This document shows positions 1 through 7,351 of a stretch of 44,986 nt of DNA, piece after piece (positions within the stretch are counted from its first letter, which is position 1; the number at the start of each line of letters is the position of its first letter). This DNA is from Bacteroidia bacterium (lineage in GTDB: Bacteria; Bacteroidota; Bacteroidia; JAYUJA01), in assembly GCA_043765495.1 (NCBI GenBank), contig JAYUJA010000008.1, positions 1-44,986 of the forward strand, in the 5' to 3' direction. The notes under the pieces are model-generated. The model worked only from the letters and a program-made list of their open reading frames with translations, was not told the DNA's origin and did no database searches. A program made the position numbers and the translations under genes.

Positions 1-2
1 TA

Positions 3-1193
3 GAACAAGTACACCACCTACATTTCGCTAACGAAGCAATACTACTAAAAGGAGCAAGAAAATTTGAATTTGAAAAAATAAGTAGGTATTTAGAAGAAAA
101 AAAAGTAGTCACCTGTTTGGAAATAAATCTTACAGCACTAGCCTCTAATTATAATTATTACAAAAACCTACTAGCACCTACTACCAAAGTAATGGCGATG
201 GTAAAAGCATTGGGTTATGGAAGTGGTAGTATACAGATAGCCAATGTGTTACAACACATGAAAGTGGATTATCTAGGTGTAGCCTATGCCGATGAAGGCG
301 TAGCACTACGACAAGGAGCTATCCAAACCCCCATCATGGTCATGAATCCTGATAAATATAGCCTAGACAGTATCCTACAAAGCAACCTGGAACCAGAGAT
401 ATATAATTTTACTATTCTAAATGATTTTATAGATAAAGTACACAAACAAGCCATCACCAGTGCTGTGATTCATCTCAAAATAGATACAGGAATGCACCGC
501 TTGGGATTCATGCCTTCCGAAATATCCGCTTTATTAGAGATATTAACCCAACACCCATACATTCAAGTAGCCTCTATATTCTCACACCTTGTGGGTACAG
601 ATGAGCCTGATTTAGATGATTTTACCCGCCAGCAAATAAACCTATTCACCACTATCGCAAACCAAATAGAAAGTATTTTGGGCTATCCTACTATTCGGCA
701 TATCCTTAACTCCGTAGGCATAGAACGTTTTCCAGAGGCACACTTGGATATGGTACGGGTGGGCATCGGCATGTATGGTATCAGCGCCAACAAAGCACTA
801 AAACCCATCAGCACACTAAAAACTCATATCTCACAACTGAAATTACTGCCCAAAGAAGCTACTATCGGCTATTCTAGAAAAGGTATTTTATACAAAGAAA
901 CACAAGTAGCAACATTGCCTATCGGCTACGCAGATGGGTTGAGCCGACGAGTAGGAAACGGAAAATACAAAGTTTTTATTAAAAATATCCCCGCTCCTTT
1001 TATAGGCAATATATGCATGGATATGTGTATGGTAGATGTGACAGGGATAGCTTGCTGCGAAGGCGATGAAGTAGTTTTATTTAATGAAAAACACCCTATC
1101 CAAGATATGGCAAAAGCCATGGAAACTATTCCGTATGAAGTCATCGCTACTATATCTGCCAGAGTAAAAAGAACGTATTACGAAGAAAGTTGA
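3..1193 (+). CDS. alr: Alanine racemase module, 5'-truncated. Probably the C-terminal half of a bifunctional MurF/alanine racemase fusion protein.
   Basis: The frame is open from the window edge (codons from nt 3), so the TTG at 117 in the ORF track is internal. The upstream residues ...AILLKGARKFEFEKI resemble a MurF C-terminus. Alr motifs follow: MVKALGYGSG (PLP-Lys), DTGMHRLG and PIGYADGLSRR. Confidence 0.8.
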   Translation, partial: EQVHHLHFANEAILLKGARKFEFEKISRYLEEKKVVTCLEINLTALASNYNYYKNLLAPTTKVMAMVKALGYGSGSIQIANVLQHMKVDYLGVAYADEGVALRQGAIQTPIMVMNPDKYSLDSILQSNLEPEIYNFTILNDFIDKVHKQAITSAVIHLKIDTGMHRLGFMPSEISALLEILTQHPYIQVASIFSHLVGTDEPDLDDFTRQQINLFTTIANQIESILGYPTIRHILNSVGIERFPEAHLDMVRVGIGMYGISANKALKPISTLKTHISQLKLLPKEATIGYSRKGILYKETQVATLPIGYADGLSRRVGNGKYKVFIKNIPAPFIGNICMDMCMVDVTGIACCEGDEVVLFNEKHPIQDMAKAMETIPYEVIATISARVKRTYYEES

Positions 1194-1220
1194 TAGAGGG
1201 TTTATAAATTAATCGTTCAG

Positions 1221-1330
1221 GTAAATAATCCGTTGGAGCAACAATTAAGTTATGAATTATAGTTGATTTTGTAGTAATACGAAAGTGCTTATAATGGTAT
1301 TGTTAATAAAACACGTAACGGATTATTTAC
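1221..1330. repeat. Perfect 14-bp inverted repeat GTAAATAATCCGTT (1221-1234) / AACGGATTATTTAC (1317-1330) with an 82-nt spacer
   Basis: Read directly from the sequence. It lies just downstream of the alr stop, at the left edge of the AT-rich island. Confidence 0.7.
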
Positions 1331-1430
1331 ACCTATATTTTTGCTAATTTAGAATTTTGTAACGGAAATTTTACTCTAACAGAAATTTTGTATTTTTCTC
1401 TAACTCTCTTGTTTTATTCCATTTTTGTAT

Positions 1431-1438
1431 TACATTTG
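1431..1438 (+). promoter_or_regulatory. Candidate Bacteroidota -7 promoter box TACATTTG (TAnnTTTG) for the MotB-like operon
   Basis: Exact match to the TAnnTTTG consensus. It would give a leader of about 250 nt before the ATG at 1698. The -33 element is weak (CTTG at 1408-1411). Confidence 0.35.
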
Positions 1439-1517
1439 CACTATTGTAATGCAAACAAGCTATTCTTATCGTTATTTTACACTTAATTGAAGCCTAATTT
1501 ATTCCTAGAAAAGAGAG

Positions 1518-1570
1518 TATTTACCATTGATTTCGTAATACAACCAACGATACGAAAATGAATGGTAAAT
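1518..1570 (+). promoter_or_regulatory. Long imperfect inverted repeat/hairpin in the operon leader
   Basis: TATTTACCATTGATTTCGTA (1518-1537) pairs with TACGAAAATGAATGGTAAAT (1551-1570) with one indel and one mismatch. The loop is 13 nt. Confidence 0.5.
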
Positions 1571-1697
1571 CACCCCCTTATGCAAATCAATAGAGTTGCA
1601 ATCCAACGTATAAAGGTCAACGCTTTACAGCACATTTACTTTGCCTTAACAGCACAATATCATACTCGACAATCTTAAATTAATAAAAGAGAAATAA

Positions 1698-2420
1698 ATG
1701 TCAGGAACAAAGAAAGAAAGCCATTGGATTCCATTAGCTGACCTTATGACAGTTCTAATGGTAATTTTTCTGTTTATGTCTATCTCTTATATGGCATTAA
1801 TGGAAAAGCGACAAAAGGAACAAAATCAAATATTCAAGGATTATGAAGAATCAAAAGTGGATTTATACAACGAATTAAACGAAGCTTTCAAAAACGATTT
1901 TGCAAAATGGGATTTAAAATTGGACAACGACTTATCAATAAAATTTACAAATCCACAAGTTCTTTTTGGAACAGGAAGTGCAGAAATTACAGAACATTTT
2001 CAGAGCATATTAACAGATTTTCTTCCTAAATACCTTTCAGTTGTTTTACAAGAAAAGTACAAAGAAAAAATTGCTGAAATCAGAATTGAAGGGCACACAG
2101 ACACGAAACCAATCGGACTATCAGGTGATCCTTACATAAACAATATGAAACTTTCACAAGATAGAGCAAGAAATGTTTTAGGTTTTCTTAGACAACAAGA
2201 TTGTTTTATTAATCTTGAAACAATTAAAAAAGATAGGTTACAGTATTGGCTTACAGCCAATGGTCTTTCATATGGCAGAGCGGTTGATAGGGATTTTAAG
2301 ATTTCCTATGATAGTAAACAACCTATTGACAATAATAAATCAAGAAGGGTTGAATTTAGGATTGTAACAACCAGTGAAGCTATTATTAACGAAGCACTTA
2401 AAAACATTGAAGCGAAATGA
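1698..2420 (+). CDS. MotB/OmpA-family stator anchor protein (ZorB-like)
   Basis: The N-terminal TM helix carries the conserved Asp (WIPLADLMTVLMVIFLF; D15 at 1740-1742). The OmpA-like C-terminus has RIEGHTDT, LSQDRARNV and SRRVEFRI. There is an ATGA overlap with the next ORF. Confidence 0.8.
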   Translation: MSGTKKESHWIPLADLMTVLMVIFLFMSISYMALMEKRQKEQNQIFKDYEESKVDLYNELNEAFKNDFAKWDLKLDNDLSIKFTNPQVLFGTGSAEITEHFQSILTDFLPKYLSVVLQEKYKEKIAEIRIEGHTDTKPIGLSGDPYINNMKLSQDRARNVLGFLRQQDCFINLETIKKDRLQYWLTANGLSYGRAVDRDFKISYDSKQPIDNNKSRRVEFRIVTTSEAIINEALKNIEAK

Positions 2421-2755
2421 ACCTAGTTGAAATATTTATTACTATCGTATTATTTTCATATTTAATTTATGGAATCTATGTACTCAATATTGCGAAAAAA
2501 GACTACAGTCAAGTAAATCTAAATGACTTGGATTTAATTCCATCAATGTTTACGACAATCGGAATTTTAGGAACATTTGGCGGTATTGCTTATGGCTTAT
2601 GGTTCTTTAATCCTGAAGACATTGAAAAAAGTATTCCTACATTATTACAAGGATTGAAAACTGCATTTTTTGCATCTATCGCTGGAATAGCTCTGTCAAT
2701 TATTTTCTCAAAGCGAATATCTTTTGTTAAAAACAAAAATGAAAAAGCGTTTTAA
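2417..2755 (+). CDS. Minimal MotA/ExbB/TolQ-type proton-channel module with 3 predicted TM helices (ZorA-like N-terminal part). The frame breaks at an A5 tract.
   Basis: IGILGTFGGIAYGL and LLQGLKTAFFASIAGIALSIIF resemble the two signature helices of MotA_ExbB proteins. The ORF ends 10 nt after the frame of the downstream tail ORF opens. Confidence 0.7.
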   Translation: MNLVEIFITIVLFSYLIYGIYVLNIAKKDYSQVNLNDLDLIPSMFTTIGILGTFGGIAYGLWFFNPEDIEKSIPTLLQGLKTAFFASIAGIALSIIFSKRISFVKNKNEKAF

Positions 2756-2925
2756 GCGATGAAACAAAAGCCATAAATAAACTAATTGAAGCAATTGAAG
2801 AATTAAGAAATGATTTCTCTATTACTAACGAAAATGGCAATAAAATCAAAGCAGGAAATGTATTTCGTGACATCTATAAGGAATCAACAAAACAATCAAA
2901 TGCACTTCAAACTTTTTCAAGTGAT

Positions 2926-3942
2926 TTGGCATTAACTATTTCTGCAGGATTTGAAGAAATACTAAATAATCCAAACGAAGGAGTAGTAGCAGAATTAAAA
3001 TTAGTAAAGGCAGAAATAGAAAGCCTTGGAAAGAAATTACAAGACCCAGCTACCGATATGACGCAAAATATTGTAAAAGAATTGCAGGAATCAATGGGTA
3101 AAATGATTGAAGAATTTAAAACTTCAATGAGTGGCGACACCAAAAATGAAATGGAACATTTAGCAAAACTTCTCGCACAGGCGGGCGGTTCGCTAACTGA
3201 CTTTCCAATGAAATTGCAAAATATGACAGATAATCTAAATGAAAATTTCAGGGGGTTACAAGATGTTGTAAAACAAATTTCTCAACAAACTCTTTCTCAA
3301 TCAGAAGATTCTACTAATGCAATGAAAAAGCAAGTGGAAGAAATGAGCGAAATTTTAAGAACTAAAGTAGGAGATTTACAAAGTGGTCAACAATCTCTTT
3401 TAACAGAGCAATCTAAAAATTTACAAGTTTCACAGAATTTATTGAGTGCATTCAATACAAGCATTGAAAATATGAATGACTTATCCATAGGCGTAACACA
3501 AAGTATTAAAAATTTAAATGAAGCTCAAGCAGCACTAGCAACTACAATCTCAAATTTCAGAAATGCTTCTCAGGAAATCAATACATCATCAAGTAAGTTT
3601 GGAGAAACGCAACTATTATTCTCACAACACTCGAATGAATTTTTGCAAAATAATTCAAGTACCATAGTTGAGATTCAAAAATCTTTAGTAAAAGCAAAAG
3701 ATGTATCCGCTGATTACGCACAAAAGTTTGAAATCATTGAAAAAGGATTGCAAGGGATTTTCTCACAAATTCAAATAGGACTGGAGCAATATAAGAACAC
3801 CGTTGGTAATAATTTAGAGACCATTTTAGGTGAATATACTCAAAGCTTAACAAAAGCAACTGAATCTCTTGCGAGTGCAACAGAATTACAAAGCGAATCA
3901 ATCAAGGATTTAGAGGACGAAATAAAAAGATTAAAATCATAA
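2926..3942 (+). CDS. Q/E/K/N/L-rich tail predicted to be a long helix or coiled coil (ZorA-like C-terminal part)
   Basis: The ORF-track start is a TTG, but this frame is already stop-free from 2743 (61 further codons, KSVLSDETKAINKLIEAIEELRNDF...). The composition is proline-poor and heptad-like with no recognisable enzymatic motifs. Confidence 0.65.
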   Translation: MALTISAGFEEILNNPNEGVVAELKLVKAEIESLGKKLQDPATDMTQNIVKELQESMGKMIEEFKTSMSGDTKNEMEHLAKLLAQAGGSLTDFPMKLQNMTDNLNENFRGLQDVVKQISQQTLSQSEDSTNAMKKQVEEMSEILRTKVGDLQSGQQSLLTEQSKNLQVSQNLLSAFNTSIENMNDLSIGVTQSIKNLNEAQAALATTISNFRNASQEINTSSSKFGETQLLFSQHSNEFLQNNSSTIVEIQKSLVKAKDVSADYAQKFEIIEKGLQGIFSQIQIGLEQYKNTVGNNLETILGEYTQSLTKATESLASATELQSESIKDLEDEIKRLKS

Positions 3943-3946
3943 AATA

Positions 3947-5374
3947 ATGAGAAGTGCATCTGAAATATTGAATTTTAATTTCTCACCTACTACGTTTCAG
4001 CAGTCGGCTAATAAGGCAATTTCAGCAATAACTATTCATCAGATTGAAAATAGAATTGCACAGTTAAAGAGTATAAATGAAAAAGTGGGAAATGTATCAT
4101 TTGCTTTTGATGACGATAGCTTAAAATCAAAAACATTCAAAAAATTTAAATTCTCATTTTCAAATAACAAGCAATCTTTTACAAAAAGAGAATTAAGAGC
4201 ACTCATTTATGGATTAGATTATTCAGAAAATAATTTTACAAACATATTTAGTAGCGAGCTTGAAATGGCTTATGCCCTAGAGCTATTGGATTCAAGTTGG
4301 CGAGAATTATTTTTAAATGGGTTGATACTTTTCTTATTTAAGAACTGGGAGTCTAAAAATTTCCAATCGATAAATCAGTTGAGAGATTTTATTACTAAAC
4401 ACCTAGAAAACTATTCAGGTAACAATAAAAAGATATTAAATTTCAAGCGAATTCAAGCGAATTTCATTGTGGATAATGGGAATGAAGTACTAGGTTTAAC
4501 ATTGGCAAGAATGAATAAACCAATTCAAGAAGCCCCCAAAATATTGGATGTACCAGAATCTTGGTTTTCGTATTCATATTTTTCAAAAGTAATAGTTGCA
4601 TACTACGAAAAGAATAAAGCGAATATTATCAATGAAATAGAGAATCTGAATGAAGTTTTATTAAAAAATAATAGTTCAATCACAAGTAAAAGATTAGTCA
4701 GTAAAATCATTATTCAAGCAAATCAACTAGCATTTGCAACTTTACAAGACAGATTAAAAAAAATTGCATTCACGCAAATTGGCGACCCAAGTAATGTATC
4801 AAATTGGATAGCTTTTGAAAATGCAACAGAAATTGAGAAAGAAGAATTATTAGAAGCAAGAAATATTCTTGATGAATGGATAGCCAAACAATTTATTGAT
4901 ATTTTCTTTAGAGTTTGTATTAATGATGAAAGAAGAAAACATTTTTGGCTTAAGATTGCATCAAAAAATAAGGTTTCTTTTAAAGTTTACGGGCCTCTAC
5001 ATATAAAATCCATTTTAAAACGAGACGAAAAAGTTGCAGAATATGTTGATGCAAGGTTTGAATCTGTTTCTAGTAGGCGAGATGTTTCTGCATTTATTCT
5101 TTATATTGGAAATTATATGTTAATTGAATTTAGTGATGCGGGATATGCTTTTTATGCTTATAAAATAAATGGAACAAGCAAGCCACACTTGAATTATCGA
5201 TTGGAAAGTGTAGATGAATTAAGAAACGGCTCAATGCCAATGCTTGTATATCGTACTGGATATAATATTAACGACACTAATGTAGAAGGTCGTTTAACGC
5301 ATAATGACGGTGATTTAAATTGGGAACAAGTTTTTGAATATTGGTTTAAAAATATAGCTAGAATAAATGTTTAA
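3947..5374 (+). CDS. ZorC-position protein, possibly an EH-signature-domain protein
   Basis: It starts 4 nt after the tail ORF and overlaps the SNF2 gene by 8 nt. The C-terminal block is FWLKIASKNKVSFKVYGP...AFILYIGNYMLIEFSDAGYAFYAYK. The assignment rests mainly on gene context, not on a motif I can verify. Confidence 0.5.
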   Translation: MRSASEILNFNFSPTTFQQSANKAISAITIHQIENRIAQLKSINEKVGNVSFAFDDDSLKSKTFKKFKFSFSNNKQSFTKRELRALIYGLDYSENNFTNIFSSELEMAYALELLDSSWRELFLNGLILFLFKNWESKNFQSINQLRDFITKHLENYSGNNKKILNFKRIQANFIVDNGNEVLGLTLARMNKPIQEAPKILDVPESWFSYSYFSKVIVAYYEKNKANIINEIENLNEVLLKNNSSITSKRLVSKIIIQANQLAFATLQDRLKKIAFTQIGDPSNVSNWIAFENATEIEKEELLEARNILDEWIAKQFIDIFFRVCINDERRKHFWLKIASKNKVSFKVYGPLHIKSILKRDEKVAEYVDARFESVSSRRDVSAFILYIGNYMLIEFSDAGYAFYAYKINGTSKPHLNYRLESVDELRNGSMPMLVYRTGYNINDTNVEGRLTHNDGDLNWEQVFEYWFKNIARINV

Positions 5375-7277
5375 ACATACACACAACAATAGCTTTTTTT
5401 CATTTTACTTTCTAAACGAATTGGGAAGCAAAACACCTGTTTTACAATGGGAAAAATTACAATTAGATTTTTTATCTCAACTTGCTATTTTAAACGAATT
5501 ACGAGATAATGGTCTAGCTGATTATACGGAATATTCTTGTGAGGTTGAGAGTCTAGAAATTCTAAAGCTAAGCGATATTGACAGACAGATTTTAGAGTTA
5601 CCTAATAGTTATCCCTATGAAATATTTATAGAATCTGACGGAGTGCTTTCCCAAAATACTTTTAAGTTCAAATACGGTTTCTATGATTTTAGTCCTAATG
5701 GCATAAGACTAAAAACAAAGAGGAATGGTGCAGTTATATTTGTGGACGATACTGAATATCTACTATCTGAAAATCAATACAAAATATGTGAAGCTATTGA
5801 AGATTTCAATAATTTAGTTGAATCGCAAAAAGGAAATGTAATCAACCTTAAAAAACTATCAGAACTAAAATCACTTTCTAATGAAAGTGGGTTAATGTTA
5901 GAACATTTTTTGAACAATCAAGAATTATTTATTCCTGAAAAAATCAAACTAGATATTGATTTTAAAAATGGTTCTCTTGAAATATTTCCAATAGTAGATA
6001 TTTCCAATCCAGCAGGATTTATCACCACATTTGACAGATTGCCAACTGTTAGAGATGTTTATCCGATTTCAGGAAATAATGGAGAGACGACAAGGGTAGT
6101 AATTTCAGAAAATCAAAAAACAGAATTAAAAAAGATAAAAAGTAAAAGAAAAATTTCAGACCGTGAATCAATACAAGAAATAATAGAACATCCTGAGTTG
6201 TTTTTTGATGATAATGAAATTGATTTTACAGTTTTTTATAGTGACAGAGTAAAGGAAATTGGAGTGTATAGTCCAAAGTTCTATCCTTTTGCAAGTCCTT
6301 ATAAATCGCAATGGATTCCTGGAATAGTGGTTAAGGACAAAGTACACGGAGAAAAAAGAATCTATTTTAAATCGCCTGAAAGACTTTTTGATTTTATAGA
6401 GCAAAAAGAAAAAGCAGTAAAAGAAAAGAAGCAAACGGTCCAATGGGAAGAAACAGAAATCCCAATTGAAGATGCTGAAAAGTTTATTCAAACAGCTAGA
6501 AAACAATTCGAAAATCCAAACAAACCTGTTAAGCAAGAAAAGAAAACAGACCAAGAAGTACTAGTTATAAAAGAAAATGCTGAGCTAACAGAGTTTAGCA
6601 ATGGCAATGAATTACCCGAAAATTTAAAGCATAGCTTTTACGAAATACCCAATTTAAACAGCGGTATAAGTTTAATGGAGCATCAAAAGGAAGGTATTTC
6701 TTGGTTACAATCATTATTCAAAGAAAATTTTGCAGGTGGCTTACTTGCTGATGATATGGGACTTGGTAAAACATTGCAATTGCTATATTTTATTGAGTGG
6801 CACAGTCAACATTGTAACAATAATAAGCCTTATTTAATTGTTGCACCTGTTAGTTTATTAGAAAATTGGGAAAACGAGTATCAGAAATTTTTTAGTCTGA
6901 AAAATTTGCTGCTACTCAAATTGTATGGTTCTGTTTCATTAACCAAGGAAAATAATCCTATACAAAACCAACAAGATGCGAAGCGACTTCAATCCAAACA
7001 AATAATATTAACCAATTACGAAACAATACGAGAGTATCAAATTAGTTTAGGACTTGTTGATTTTGCCGTAATCGCCCTTGATGAAGCACAAAAAATAAAA
7101 ACGCCAGGAACGCAAATAACCAATGCAAGCAAGGCATTAAAGGCAGATTTTAAAATAGCAATGACAGGAACGCCAGTGGAAAATACATTAGTAGATATTT
7201 GGTGTTTGATGGATTTTGCAGTTCTAGGTCTTTTAGGAAATGCAAAAGATTTTGCTAAAAATACCAAAAACCATTAA
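5367..7277 (+). CDS. SNF2-family ATPase, N-terminal part (ZorD-like). The frame breaks at an A5 tract.
   Basis: About 430 aa of unassigned N-terminal sequence come first. The helicase motifs follow: GLGKT (6759-6773), DEAQ (7080-7091) and MTGTPVEN. The ORF stops right after LMDFAVLGLLGNAKDFAK, in the middle of the conserved SNF2 block. Confidence 0.8.
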   Translation: MFKHTHNNSFFSFYFLNELGSKTPVLQWEKLQLDFLSQLAILNELRDNGLADYTEYSCEVESLEILKLSDIDRQILELPNSYPYEIFIESDGVLSQNTFKFKYGFYDFSPNGIRLKTKRNGAVIFVDDTEYLLSENQYKICEAIEDFNNLVESQKGNVINLKKLSELKSLSNESGLMLEHFLNNQELFIPEKIKLDIDFKNGSLEIFPIVDISNPAGFITTFDRLPTVRDVYPISGNNGETTRVVISENQKTELKKIKSKRKISDRESIQEIIEHPELFFDDNEIDFTVFYSDRVKEIGVYSPKFYPFASPYKSQWIPGIVVKDKVHGEKRIYFKSPERLFDFIEQKEKAVKEKKQTVQWEETEIPIEDAEKFIQTARKQFENPNKPVKQEKKTDQEVLVIKENAELTEFSNGNELPENLKHSFYEIPNLNSGISLMEHQKEGISWLQSLFKENFAGGLLADDMGLGKTLQLLYFIEWHSQHCNNNKPYLIVAPVSLLENWENEYQKFFSLKNLLLLKLYGSVSLTKENNPIQNQQDAKRLQSKQIILTNYETIREYQISLGLVDFAVIALDEAQKIKTPGTQITNASKALKADFKIAMTGTPVENTLVDIWCLMDFAVLGLLGNAKDFAKNTKNH

Positions 7278-7351
7278 ATGATGAAGGCACAGACATCAAA
7301 GTCTTAACGGAACAACTTCGGAATAACATTGGTGTATTTATCAAAAGGAGA

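Noticed and set aside
2741-2747. Programmed -1 ribosomal frameshifting or transcriptional slippage as the way the ZorA-like and ZorD-like halves are joined
   Set aside because: At 2741-2747 a tRNA-Lys could re-pair after a -1 slip (A AAA G). There is no full X XXY YYZ heptamer and no obvious downstream stimulatory structure. At 7257-7261 the -1 position would re-pair on TAA/AAA poorly. A5 is much shorter than the runs known to cause efficient RNA polymerase slippage. Mutation or a sequencing error is the simpler explanation, and this is kept only as a remote possibility.
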